Shown: positions 1 through 9,589, counted from the stretch's first letter. The stretch is DNA of 64,000 nucleotides from Gemmatimonadales bacterium (GCA_041613315.1 JBFJHJ010000010.1:1-64000); one strand, 5' to 3'. Made by a program: numbers and translations. Notes: a model not told the origin generated them from the sequence alone.

Positions 1-63
1 CGCTACCTCTGGCTGCGGCGCGGCAAGAAGACCGACGCGATCCTCGTCATACGAGACGCCTGA
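1..63 (+). CDS. tyrS: 3' end of probable tyrosyl-tRNA synthetase (partial)
   Basis: Frame 1 reads RYLWLRRGKKTDAILVIRDA-stop; the LRRGKK motif matches the TyrRS C-terminal S4-like domain. Only 20 codons are visible. Confidence 0.55.
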   Translation, partial: RYLWLRRGKKTDAILVIRDA

Positions 64-466
64 TCGCCGCCGCCATCGCCTCCAGCTCCGGCCGGCCCGC
101 CTTCTGCGGATAGGACTTCGGGAAGCGCAGGCCAAACGCGTCGTCGGTAAACCGCGGAAGGAGATGGAGGTGCAGATGCAACACCTCCTGGCCCGCCGCC
201 TCGCCGTTGGCCGTCCACACGTTGAAGCCCGCCGCCCCCGACGCCGCCACGACCGCCTGGGCGATGCGCTGGCATACGCCGAAGAGGTGCGCGGCCACGT
301 CCGGCGGGCATTCCACCAGGTTCTCCACGTGCATCCGCGGGACCACGAGCGTGTGGCCGCGGTGGACCGGGTAGAGGTCGAGAAACGCCACCGTCCGCTC
401 GTCCTCGTACACGAAGCTCCCCGGAACCTGGCCGGTGATCACGTCGCAGAACACGCAGGCGCTCAC
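47..466 (-). CDS. HIT family protein
   Basis: CVFC Zn motif, GHTLVVP, AGQEV and HLHLHLL histidine triad. GTG start at 466 overlaps the upstream stop (GTGA). Confidence 0.92.
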   Translation of the reverse strand: MSACVFCDVITGQVPGSFVYEDERTVAFLDLYPVHRGHTLVVPRMHVENLVECPPDVAAHLFGVCQRIAQAVVAASGAAGFNVWTANGEAAGQEVLHLHLHLLPRFTDDAFGLRFPKSYPQKAGRPELEAMAAAIRRLV

Positions 467-1641
467 CGTCGCGCGAGGATCCCGGCCACTTTCTCGATCT
501 CGTCCACGGTGTTGTAACAGTGCGGCGAGAGGCGAATCGCCCCTTCCCGCAGCGCGCACACGACGCCTTCCTTCTTGAGGGCGTGGTACGACTCGACGAC
601 GTGCTCGGTGCGGACGCAGACGATGGACGACGCGTGCCGGCCGTCGCCGGGGGACGCCAGGGTGAAATCCCCGCGCGCGGCGCCCTCCACCAGGGGCCGG
701 CGCACCGCCCGCAGGTAGGCCGCGATGCGCTCGATGCCGAGCTCCAGCAGCAACGTCAAGCTCTCGGTCAGCCCCGCCAGGTCCTGGAACGGCAGCGTAT
801 TCAGCTCGAAGCGGCGGCCGTCGGCGCGGAAGGTGGGATCGTAGGCCGTGAGGCGGGAGAAATCATCGGTGCCTTGGAACGCGAGCCAGCCGCTCACGGG
901 GGGAATCAGGATGTCCACCAGACCACGCCGCACGTACACGAACCCCGAGCCCCACGGCGAGAGCAGCCACTTCTGCCCGCCGCAGGCGAGCACGTCCACC
1001 GGCGTGCGCCGCACGTCGAGCGGCACCTGCCCCAGCCCCTGGATCGCGTCCACGACCAGGTAAACGCCGTGCTCGCGGCACGCCGCACCCAAGCGCCCCA
1101 AGTCGGCGCAATAGCCACTCGAGAACTGGACGAACGAGATCGCGAGCACGCGCACCCGCGGATCGGCCAGGCGCTCCAGGAGAAACGCCTCATCCGGCCA
1201 CCCGGCCGCCGTCGTGGGGGCGAGCTCCACGCGGATCCCCCGCTCTCGAAGCCGAAGCCAGGGATACACGTTCGCCGGGAACTCCCGGTCGGAGAGCAGC
1301 ACGGTCTCGCCCGGCCCCACGGGGAGCGCGCGGGCCGCCAGGTTGAGCCCGAAGCTCGTGTTGGTCGTGAGCCCGATTTCGTCGGCGTCGGCATTGATCA
1401 GCCGGCCGGCCGCCGCGCGCGCGTCCACCAGCAACTGTTCGAGGTCCCGGTCGGTCAGCAGATACGGCGCCGTGCGCTTGGCATTGAACGCGTCGATCAC
1501 GCGGCGGGTCCGCTCCGGCAGCGGGCCGATGCTGGCATTGTTGAGGTAGGTCGATTCGGCCGTCCACGGAAACTCGCAGTTCCGGAGGCGACGGAACGTC
1601 TGGGCGACCTCGTCGACGATCGACGCGGTGTTATCGTTCAC
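463..1641 (-). CDS. Class V PLP-dependent aminotransferase (cysteine desulfurase/kynureninase-like)
   Basis: YLNNAS, VDAIQ, GGQKWL (PLP lysine) and IRLSPHCYN motifs. Confidence 0.9.
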   Translation of the reverse strand: MNDNTASIVDEVAQTFRRLRNCEFPWTAESTYLNNASIGPLPERTRRVIDAFNAKRTAPYLLTDRDLEQLLVDARAAAGRLINADADEIGLTTNTSFGLNLAARALPVGPGETVLLSDREFPANVYPWLRLRERGIRVELAPTTAAGWPDEAFLLERLADPRVRVLAISFVQFSSGYCADLGRLGAACREHGVYLVVDAIQGLGQVPLDVRRTPVDVLACGGQKWLLSPWGSGFVYVRRGLVDILIPPVSGWLAFQGTDDFSRLTAYDPTFRADGRRFELNTLPFQDLAGLTESLTLLLELGIERIAAYLRAVRRPLVEGAARGDFTLASPGDGRHASSIVCVRTEHVVESYHALKKEGVVCALREGAIRLSPHCYNTVDEIEKVAGILARR

Positions 1642-1745
1642 GGCATCCGGGCGGAGCTACGGTGCATGATCATGCGGGTGAATGAAAGGTACTTACACCA
1701 GCCGGCCGCGTGCCACGTCCGCGATCGGCAGGCCGCCACTGCGCC

Positions 1746-2810
1746 ATGAGTCGGCCAAGCGCCACGCTCGTACTGAGCGGCGGGGGGATGAAGGGGCTCG
1801 CGCACGTCGGCGTGCTCAAGGCGCTGGAGGAGCGGGGGTGGCCGCCGGCCGACGTCGTGGGCTCGAGCATTGGCGCGCTCGTTGGCGCGTGCTGGTGCAC
1901 GGGCATGCCGCCGCGCGAGATCGAGGAGGTCGCACTCGCCGTGACCCGGCGTGATCTGTTCCGGATCGCGCACCGCGACATGGCGCTCAAGCGCATGCGC
2001 TCACCCGCCCTCTACCAGCGCGACCCCCTGGAGCACCTGATCCGCGGTCTGATCGGCGATGTGACGTTCGACGAGCTGGAGCGGCCGCTCCTCGTCAACA
2101 CGGTGGATCTGGACTCGGGCACCCAGGTGTTCTGGGGCGCCCCGGGCCTCACGGACGTGCCCGTGGCGGACGCCGTCTTCGCCTCCTGCGCCCTGCCCGG
2201 TTACCTCCCACCCCAAACGTTGCAGGGCCGCTCGTATGTGGACGGCGCCGCCGTCTCCAACCTGCCCGTGGGCATTGCGCGCGCCCGCGGACGGGACCTC
2301 GTCATCGCGGTGGACGTGGGCTCGCCCGGTACGTTCAAAGCCGATACCCAGCAAGCGGGGTTCGCTGCGGTGTACGCCCGCGCGATCGAGATCGCGATCG
2401 CCGCGATGCGGACCACGATGCTCAAGCACTGGGACCAGCCGCCCATGGTCCTGATCCAGCCCCGGGTCGAGCACATCTCGATGTTCTCGTTCCGCCACAA
2501 CCGGGAGCTCGTGGACGAAGGGTATCGGGCCGCGGTCGAGGTCCTGGATTGGCCGGGGGCGGTCCCGCCGCCCACCGCGCACGGCGTCTTTCCCCGCCGG
2601 CGCTACCACGTGCGGGTCCTGCGGCAGCGGTGCATCGGGTGCGGCGGGTGCCTCGCGCACGGGCCGCCCGGCCTGTTCCAGCTGGATGAAGAAGGCAAGG
2701 CCGTGGTCACGGTGGCCGAGCATGTCTGGTCGCCCGTGGATCCCGATTTTGTCCGCCAGTGCCCGACGCTCGCGATCGCCGTGCGGACGATCGGCGAGGG
2801 GGCGGGCTGA
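1746..2810 (+). CDS. Patatin-like phospholipase with C-terminal ferredoxin domain
   Basis: SGGGMKG oxyanion loop, GSSIG nucleophile, VDGA Asp motif; C-terminal CIGCGGC...QCP. ATG at 1746. Confidence 0.88.
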   Translation: MSRPSATLVLSGGGMKGLAHVGVLKALEERGWPPADVVGSSIGALVGACWCTGMPPREIEEVALAVTRRDLFRIAHRDMALKRMRSPALYQRDPLEHLIRGLIGDVTFDELERPLLVNTVDLDSGTQVFWGAPGLTDVPVADAVFASCALPGYLPPQTLQGRSYVDGAAVSNLPVGIARARGRDLVIAVDVGSPGTFKADTQQAGFAAVYARAIEIAIAAMRTTMLKHWDQPPMVLIQPRVEHISMFSFRHNRELVDEGYRAAVEVLDWPGAVPPPTAHGVFPRRRYHVRVLRQRCIGCGGCLAHGPPGLFQLDEEGKAVVTVAEHVWSPVDPDFVRQCPTLAIAVRTIGEGAG

Positions 2811-2838
2811 GCTAGGCGCGGCGGCGGGGCGAGCCGCA

Positions 2839-4647
2839 TCACAGCTCCGCCAGCTCCAGCGCGTGTAACCGCTGATAGAGGCCGCCCGCGACCAGCAGCT
2901 CGGCGTGGCGGCCCCGCTCCACCACACGGCCTCCGTCCAGGACGACGATGGTGTCCGCCCGCGCGACGGTCGACAGGCGGTGCGCGATCACCACCACCGT
3001 GCGGTGCTCCAGGAGGCGGGCGATCGCCTCCTGCACGAGCCGGTCCGATTCGGGATCGAGGCTTGACGTCGCCTCGTCCAGGATGAGGATCGGTGGGTCA
3101 CGCAGGAGGGCCCGCGCGATCGCGATCCGCTGACGCTCGCCGCCGGACAGCCTCATCCCCCGCTCGCCGAGCGGCGTGTCGTAGCCCTGCGGCAGGCGCT
3201 CGATGAAATGGTGGGCATTGGCGGCGCGGGCGGCCGCCTCGACCGCCGCGTCACTCGCGCTCGCCTGGTCGCCATAGGCGATGTTCGCCCGCAGCGTGTC
3301 GTTGAAGATCACGGTATGCTGGCTCACGATGCCCATCGCGCGACGCAGGGAGCGGCGCCCGTAGCGAGCGATCGGCACGCCGTCCATGCGCACCTCGCCG
3401 CGCGCCGGCTCGACGAACCGGGGCAAGAGATCGGCCAGGGTGGACTTCCCGGCGCCCGACGGGCCCACGATCGCCAGCACCTCCCCTCGACGTACCGTCA
3501 GCCCGACGCCACGCAGCACCCACCGCTCCGGCTCGTAGGCCACCCACACGTCGTGGAACACGATGTCGCGCCGCAGCCCAGGGAACCGCTCGGCACCGGG
3601 CGGATCGACGTCGTCCGGCGGCAGGTCGAGGATCTCGAAGATGCGCTCCGCCGCCGCCAGCGCCTGCTCGGCCCACGCCGGGAACTGCGACAGCGACTTG
3701 AACGGCGCGAGGAGCCGCAGGGAGAGCGCCAGGAAGGCGACGAACAGCTCGGGCCGGAGCGGGTCGCCCGCGCCCGCCAGCTGAGCGCCGATCACGAGCA
3801 GCAGGACGATGACGCCGGCGCCCAGGGTCTCGCTGAGCGGGCTGGCGAGCACGGCGAGCCGATTGCTCCGGAGCATCCCCGAGTAGTGGCGACCCACGGC
3901 CTCGGCGAGCCGCCGCCGCTCGTACTCCTCGGCGCCGTGGGCCTTCACGAGCCGCGCCCCCTCAACCGTTTCGCTCACGATGGCGGCCGCCTCTCCCCGA
4001 TGGTCCAGCGCATCGCGAACCCGGAGTCGAATGCGCCGCAGAATCGGTCGCAGGACGAGCACGATCGCCGGCGCGAGCCCGAGCGTGACCACGGTCAGCG
4101 GCCAGGACAGCGAGAACAGGATCGCGATGTAGACGGCGATCAGCACGGCGTTCTGAATCACCGACACCAGCGAAGCGCTCACCACGGCCTTGGCCATGTC
4201 CGGATCCGCGATCACGCGACTGACCAGTTGACCGCCCTTGGTTCGGTGGAAGAAGCTCAGCCCCAGCCGCTGGACGTGGCGGTACAGCTCCGTACGGAGG
4301 TCGCGCGCCACCGCCTCCTGGATGTACTGCCCGAGATACCCGGCGGCATACAGAGCGGCGTTCTTCAGGGCGACCGCGCCGAGGATGAGCAGGACGACGT
4401 TGCGGAGCGCGCTGTCGCGATCGCCCGTGGCGACGAGACCGCCGACTACGGTGTCGAGCACGCGCTCGACCAGGGTCGGCGCGTCGCCCAGCCCGGAGGC
4501 GGCGCCGAACAGGAGGCGAAGGAACGGGATGAGGAGCGAGAACGTGAAACCGTCCAGGACGGACGCCGCCACTGCGGCGGCGAAACTGGCGACGAAGGCG
4601 ACGCGATACGGGCCGACCCAACCCAGCAGCCGCCGAAGGCGCGCCAC
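2839..4647 (-). CDS. MsbA-like ABC exporter (fused TMD+NBD)
   Basis: N-terminal TM helices, GPSGAGKS Walker A, LSGGERQR signature, LILDEATS Walker B, H-loop. Confidence 0.93.
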   Translation of the reverse strand: MARLRRLLGWVGPYRVAFVASFAAAVAASVLDGFTFSLLIPFLRLLFGAASGLGDAPTLVERVLDTVVGGLVATGDRDSALRNVVLLILGAVALKNAALYAAGYLGQYIQEAVARDLRTELYRHVQRLGLSFFHRTKGGQLVSRVIADPDMAKAVVSASLVSVIQNAVLIAVYIAILFSLSWPLTVVTLGLAPAIVLVLRPILRRIRLRVRDALDHRGEAAAIVSETVEGARLVKAHGAEEYERRRLAEAVGRHYSGMLRSNRLAVLASPLSETLGAGVIVLLLVIGAQLAGAGDPLRPELFVAFLALSLRLLAPFKSLSQFPAWAEQALAAAERIFEILDLPPDDVDPPGAERFPGLRRDIVFHDVWVAYEPERWVLRGVGLTVRRGEVLAIVGPSGAGKSTLADLLPRFVEPARGEVRMDGVPIARYGRRSLRRAMGIVSQHTVIFNDTLRANIAYGDQASASDAAVEAAARAANAHHFIERLPQGYDTPLGERGMRLSGGERQRIAIARALLRDPPILILDEATSSLDPESDRLVQEAIARLLEHRTVVVIAHRLSTVARADTIVVLDGGRVVERGRHAELLVAGGLYQRLHALELAEL

Positions 4648-6216
4648 CTACCTCGCTCCGCGCGGAGTCAGCAGCGCGACTGGAAGGATCACCTCCTCGG
4701 GGGTGACCCCGCCGTGCAGGAACGCGCCCCGGTAGCGCGCCTGATACTCCCGGAGCTTGGTGGGATAGACGAAGAAGCGGTCACCCGTGGCGAGGAGCAG
4801 GCGCACCCCCAACCGCCCTTTCGGCAAGCCCCAGGCGGGAAGGTCGTCGACCTGCATCGCGGCCGTGCGCTTTTCCGCGCGCAGGTCCTCGCCGAACTTG
4901 TAGCGCAGGTTCGCCGTGGCGTCGCGCTTCGCGAACACCGTGGCCGGCGTGTGGCAGTGGATCGAGCCGTGATCGGTGGTGAGCAGGACGGGCACACTGC
5001 GGCGCTCCGCCTCCTTCAGCGCACGCAGCAGCGCTGAATCCTCGAACCACGTGCGCGTGAGGCTGCGCAGGGCGGCGGAGTCACGGGCCACCTCGTAGAG
5101 GATGGCGTGTTCGGACCGACCGTGGGTGAGCTGGTCGACGAAGTTGAACACCAGCGCCGTCACACCGTCCTGCGAGAGGGCGCCCGGCACGCGGCGCGCC
5201 AGCGACTCCGCCTCGGACGCGGTGGCCACCCGCTCGTACCGGACGGGTACCTGGTCCCCCACGAGGTCGCGGAGCTGTTCGATCAGGAGTTCGGCTTCGT
5301 GGGCATTCAGGCTCTCGTCGTCCCGCTCCCCCCACCACTCCGGATGCCGCGCTTGGATCTCCACCGGGAACAGACCACTGAAGATGGCATTGCGGGAAAA
5401 CGGCGTCGCGGTGGGCAGGATGCTGTAGTAGTACGACTCCTCGAGATCGAACAGCTCGGTGAGGGCCGGTTTCAGCAGCTCCCACTGATCCAGACGCATG
5501 CAGTCGACCACGACGAACAGCACGCGGCCATGCGCCTTGATGAGCGGGACCAGGAACTCCGAACACACGTCGACCGAGAGTGGCGGGCGGTCGCCATCGG
5601 GGTTCGCCAGCCACCCCGGGTAGCGCGTCCCGATGAATTGAGCAAAGTCCTCGTGCAGGCTGGCCTGGAACGTCTGGAGCGCGTCCTTGAGCCCGCTCTC
5701 ATCACCCTGCGCGAGGCGCACCTCCCATTGGAAGAGCTCGACCACCAGCTCGATCCACTCGCGCCACCCCATTCGGGCGCCGCGGCGCTGTTCCAGCTCC
5801 CGAAACCGTGTCACGAAGTCCCGGGATAGGCGTTGTTGCCGGATACGGTCGCCCTCCAGCAGGCGGGTGATCACGGTGAGCACCTGTCGGGGGTTCACCG
5901 GCTTGACGAGATAATCGTCCAACTGGATCCCGATCGCTTCGTGCATCGTCCCGGCTTCCTCGCTCTTCGTCACCATCACGACGGGCACCGCCGGATCAAT
6001 CGCGCGAATCTCTCCCACGAGCTCGAGCCCGCGTCGCCCCGGCAGCTGCTCGTCGAGGAGCACGATCCCATAGGGTTGCCGCTGCAGCAGCGCGATCGCG
6101 TCGTCGCCGTGGGCGGCCTGCTCCACGTCATAGCCCTGCTCCTTGAGGAACAGAACGTGCGCGCCCAACGACTCGATCTCGTCGTCGACCCACAGGACGG
6201 TTCGGGGACGGGGCAT
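4648..6216 (-). CDS. PorX-like response regulator (REC + PglZ/alkaline phosphatase-superfamily domain)
   Basis: REC: WVDDE, LLDEQLPG, KP. PglZ-like: VVDCMRLDQW, SILPTATPFSRNAIFSG, TTDHG, FLHGG. ATG at 6216. Confidence 0.88.
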   Translation of the reverse strand: MPRPRTVLWVDDEIESLGAHVLFLKEQGYDVEQAAHGDDAIALLQRQPYGIVLLDEQLPGRRGLELVGEIRAIDPAVPVVMVTKSEEAGTMHEAIGIQLDDYLVKPVNPRQVLTVITRLLEGDRIRQQRLSRDFVTRFRELEQRRGARMGWREWIELVVELFQWEVRLAQGDESGLKDALQTFQASLHEDFAQFIGTRYPGWLANPDGDRPPLSVDVCSEFLVPLIKAHGRVLFVVVDCMRLDQWELLKPALTELFDLEESYYYSILPTATPFSRNAIFSGLFPVEIQARHPEWWGERDDESLNAHEAELLIEQLRDLVGDQVPVRYERVATASEAESLARRVPGALSQDGVTALVFNFVDQLTHGRSEHAILYEVARDSAALRSLTRTWFEDSALLRALKEAERRSVPVLLTTDHGSIHCHTPATVFAKRDATANLRYKFGEDLRAEKRTAAMQVDDLPAWGLPKGRLGVRLLLATGDRFFVYPTKLREYQARYRGAFLHGGVTPEEVILPVALLTPRGAR

Positions 6217-6381
6217 GTGGCTATCCGGGCACAAGTGGGCACGTCGTGTCACGGCGACCGCAGGTCGCGGGTCGCTCCGCTAAGCTTACCGAGGCGCGCG
6301 CGCGCCAACAACGCGTCTGGTCGGCAGCGCGGCGCGCACCTACATTCGGAAGACCTTCCACCGAGGCTGGCCGATCCTCTC

Positions 6382-6786
6382 ATGTCGCCCGCCACAGCCG
6401 CCGTGCCTGCCGACCGTCTCGCCGACGCGCGGGATCGCCTGACCGCGGCTATGGCGACGGCCGCCCGTGGGCCGCGGCGGAGCGGGCTGTTCGCCCTCTG
6501 GCTGCTGGTGCGCGCGGCCGACGGGCTCCTCCCGCCGCAACCGCTGACCGCCCGGGCACACCGTGCGCGCCTCGACAGTCTCGGGCGCCGGCTCAGCAGC
6601 CTGTCGCTGCCCGCCGGGCTGCGCCGAGCCTGCAACGACCTCGTGCGAGACCTTCAGGAGGCGGACGCGGCGGCGCTGCCCGCCGCGCTGCAGCGCGCCG
6701 TGGCTCCAACCCGGGAGGCCATCGGCGCCGAGGCCAGTGAGGCGCTGGCCCTCTCGGTGCGGCTCGCGCGAGGGGCGCTCCGATGA
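6382..6786 (+). CDS. Hypothetical helical protein (134 aa)
   Basis: Fills the gap before the DnaB-like gene; its stop overlaps that start (ATGA). Confidence 0.65.
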   Translation: MSPATAAVPADRLADARDRLTAAMATAARGPRRSGLFALWLLVRAADGLLPPQPLTARAHRARLDSLGRRLSSLSLPAGLRRACNDLVRDLQEADAAALPAALQRAVAPTREAIGAEASEALALSVRLARGALR

Positions 6787-7646
6787 GCGAGCCGCGCCGG
6801 ATCCGGCCCGATACGCTCACCAATCTCATCCGCCAGGTGGACAGCCTGCCGTCGGGCACGCCGGCGCCCGACACCGTGCCCACCGGGTTCCCCTCACTCG
6901 ACCGGGTCTTGGGGGGAGGGTTCCGCCGCCGCGACCTCGTCGTGCTGGGTGGCGACATCGGGTCGGGCAAGTCCGCCCTCGTGCTCGCGATGGCGCTCCG
7001 CACGGCCGCCAAGCACGGCCGGGTCGCGTTCTTCTCAGGGGAGATGGACGAAGACCGGCTGCTCGAGCGGGCCCTCGCCATCGAGGCGCGGGTGCAGGTG
7101 GACGACATTCGGAGCGGCGCGCTGACCGAGATGGGGCGGGCCGCCCTAGGGGCGGCCGCGCTCCGGTTGCGGGAGCTGCCCCTCTCCGTGCATCCCATAG
7201 TGGCGAGTCGGTTCGAGGATGTCCTGGCCGCCGCGTGGGACGCCGATCCCGCGTTGGTGATCGTGGATTACCTCCAGCTGCTCCCGCCCCCCACCGGCCG
7301 GGCGAGCCAGGACGAGGACACCGCCGCCGCGATCCGGGCCCTGAAAGCCCTGGCGCTCGACCGCGCGATCGCGTGCCTCGTCGTCGCACAGCTGCCCCGC
7401 CATGACGAGGACCGCCCCGATCCGCGGCCCACGCTGGATGACTTCGGCGCCCTCGGGGCGGTCAAGCAGCACGCGGATGTCGTGCTGGGGCTGTACCGCG
7501 AAGAGATGTACAACCCGGGCGGGGGCGTCGAGGGCGCCACCGAGCTCATCGTCGCTAAGAATCGCAACGGCCCCATCGGGTTCATCGATCTCTACTTCCA
7601 TCAACAGTGGATGCGGTTCGAGGACATGCTGGATCCGGAGCCGTGA
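6783..7646 (+). CDS. DnaB-like helicase, C-terminal ATPase domain only
   Basis: PTGFPSLD, GDIGSGKS Walker A, FSGEM, IVDYLQL, AQL.R, QHADVV, IVAKNRNGP; 287 aa with no DnaB N-terminal domain. Confidence 0.88.
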   Translation: MSEPRRIRPDTLTNLIRQVDSLPSGTPAPDTVPTGFPSLDRVLGGGFRRRDLVVLGGDIGSGKSALVLAMALRTAAKHGRVAFFSGEMDEDRLLERALAIEARVQVDDIRSGALTEMGRAALGAAALRLRELPLSVHPIVASRFEDVLAAAWDADPALVIVDYLQLLPPPTGRASQDEDTAAAIRALKALALDRAIACLVVAQLPRHDEDRPDPRPTLDDFGALGAVKQHADVVLGLYREEMYNPGGGVEGATELIVAKNRNGPIGFIDLYFHQQWMRFEDMLDPEP

Positions 7647-7733
7647 GTCGGCGTTGGCCGTTCTCCGTAGCGGCCGAGCCGGCCCCGAGCCCGATGGGAA
7701 TCACGGATGACGGACACCGGCGACGGGGAGTCG

Positions 7734-8612
7734 TTACGAGGCCACCGCCGAACGCCCGGCTCTTCTCACCCACACGATCGACCCCAGCACCACCGCCGCA
7801 GCCAGCAGCATCCGCGCGGTGACGTGCTCGCCCAGGATGATCCATCCCAGGAGGACGGCGACGATGGTATTCGTGTAGTTGTGCGTCCCGACGAAGGCCG
7901 CCGTCGCGTGCCTGAGCAGGTAGACGAAGCTCGTGTAGCCCACGAGGGAGCCGAACACGATCAGATAGAGGATCGCGCCGACCCCGGGCGCCGTGAACCG
8001 GAGCGCGGCCGCTTCGCCGCGGAGGAGCCCGACGACCGCCAGCGCCGCGCCGCCGAACAGCATCTGCAGCGCCGCGTACATGTACGGCCCGGCCTCGACC
8101 GGGTGTCGCTTGGAATAGACGGACCCCAACGACCAGGCCGCGGAGGCGCCGACGAGGACCACGGGACCGACCCATCCGCTGGACCCCAGCGCGGCGGTGT
8201 TCCCCCGCACCAGGAGCACGGTGCCGGCGAACCCGGCGAGCAACGCCGCGAACTGCTGCCAGGTGGGACGGGCCTCGCTGCCGGGAATGACCGCGTCGAA
8301 GACCGCCATCCACAGGGCGCCGGTCACCACCAGGACGGCCGCCGTCCCCGACTCGACAAACTGCTCGGCCCAGATGACACCGCCGTTGCCGACGGTCAGG
8401 AGCAGGACCCCGACGATGGCGCTCGTCCACCAGTCCGCCGGCCGGCGCGGGAGCGGGCGCCCCAGCGCCAGCGCCGCGGCGAGCAGTAGTGCGCCCGCGG
8501 TCACAAAGCGCAGGCCGCCGAACAGAGCCGGCGGCACGTGCTGCACCCCGATCCGGATGGCCAGGTACGTGGAGCCCCACACGAGGCTCACGATCACGTA
8601 GGCGGCGAACAC
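7734..8612 (-). CDS. EamA/DMT family transporter
   Basis: VWGSTYLAIR and IVFGSLVGY motifs; about 10 hydrophobic helices. Confidence 0.9.
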   Translation of the reverse strand: MFAAYVIVSLVWGSTYLAIRIGVQHVPPALFGGLRFVTAGALLLAAALALGRPLPRRPADWWTSAIVGVLLLTVGNGGVIWAEQFVESGTAAVLVVTGALWMAVFDAVIPGSEARPTWQQFAALLAGFAGTVLLVRGNTAALGSSGWVGPVVLVGASAAWSLGSVYSKRHPVEAGPYMYAALQMLFGGAALAVVGLLRGEAAALRFTAPGVGAILYLIVFGSLVGYTSFVYLLRHATAAFVGTHNYTNTIVAVLLGWIILGEHVTARMLLAAAVVLGSIVWVRRAGRSAVAS

Positions 8613-8699
8613 GGCACCTGACAGGGGGTGTCTCCCGAGGCGGTGGAGCCTGCAAGGTCGCGGAGCGCGGGGCGGGGTTCAAGCCGGATCTTGCGGTGT

Positions 8700-8728
8700 T
8701 TGGTCGGCCTTCCAGGCGGGCGTATATT
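8700..8728 (+). promoter_or_regulatory. Putative sigma70 promoter of the yebC-ruv cluster
   Basis: TTGGTC-17 bp-TATATT. Confidence 0.55.
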
Positions 8729-8735
8729 TGATCGA

Positions 8736-8824
8736 GCGTTGTCCGTTCCCCGTTCGCCGTGAGTCGGCGCTCCGGACCGGCATCTCGCATCTCACCAACC
8801 ACGGAACGGGAAAACGGGCGACGC
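8736..8824 (+). ncRNA. Putative structured 5' leader of yebC
   Basis: Nested complementary arms: 8736-8747/8813-8824, 8749-8754/8805-8810, 8757-8761/8800-8804. Confidence 0.45.
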
Positions 8825-8839
8825 GTCTCGGGAGCCCCT

Positions 8840-9589
8840 ATGGCCGGCCACAGCAAGTGGAAGCAGATCAAGCACAAGAAAGCGGCGGCCGACGCCAAGC
8901 GCGGCGCCAAGTTCACGAAGCTCATCAAGGAAATCACGATCGCCGCCCGTCAGGGCGGCGGGGATCCGGCTGGTAATCCGCGCCTCCGTACCGCGATCGA
9001 CGCCGCGAAGGCCGGGAACATGCCGGCGGACAACATCGAGCGCGCCATCAAGAAGGGGACGGGCGAGCTCGAGGGCGTGACCTATGAAGAGGTCACGTAC
9101 GAAGGGTACGGTCCGGGCGGAGCGGCAATTCTGATCCAGGTGACGAGCGACAACCTGAACCGGACCGTGGCGGAGATCCGCCATCTCTTTACCAAGCAGG
9201 GCGGCAACCTGGGCGGGCCGAACTCGGTGGCGTGGATGTTCGAGAAGAAGGGTCAGATCGCGCTCGACGCCACGCGCTACCCGGAGGAGGCGGCGCTCGA
9301 GGCTGCGCTGAACGCGGGGGCTGACGACCTGACGACCGAGGGCGACCAGCACCTGATCACCACCGATCCGGGGGCGCTCCACGCGGTGCGCGATGCGCTG
9401 GCAGCCGCGGGGATCCACGCGGACGCCGTCGAGATCGCGATGATCCCTCAGAGCACGCTGAAGGTGGCGGGGCGGGACGCCGAGCAGCTGCTGAAGTTGA
9501 TGGACGCGCTCGAGGACCACGACGACGTGTCCAAGGTCTTCAGCAACTTCGACATCGACGCGGAGACACTCGCGGCGGTCGGCGGGTGA
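8840..9589 (+). CDS. yebC: YebC/PmpR family protein
   Basis: MAGHSKW start, [21 protein letters not shown] at 8831-8834. Confidence 0.96.
   Translation: MAGHSKWKQIKHKKAAADAKRGAKFTKLIKEITIAARQGGGDPAGNPRLRTAIDAAKAGNMPADNIERAIKKGTGELEGVTYEEVTYEGYGPGGAAILIQVTSDNLNRTVAEIRHLFTKQGGNLGGPNSVAWMFEKKGQIALDATRYPEEAALEAALNAGADDLTTEGDQHLITTDPGALHAVRDALAAAGIHADAVEIAMIPQSTLKVAGRDAEQLLKLMDALEDHDDVSKVFSNFDIDAETLAAVGG

Noticed and set aside
47..2810. CBASS-like system (patatin effector plus HIT)
   Set aside because: No CD-NTase or other cyclase nearby; HIT and the aminotransferase are on the opposite strand and look ordinary.
4648..7646. BREX or other defence island (PglZ plus helicase-like gene)
   Set aside because: PglZ is fused to REC as in PorX; no brxC, pglX or brxL; neighbours are housekeeping genes.
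8736..8824. SRP RNA, 6S RNA or tRNA
   Set aside because: No SRP GGAA-tetraloop/AGCAG motif, too short for 6S, and no cloverleaf or T-loop; kept only as an unknown leader.
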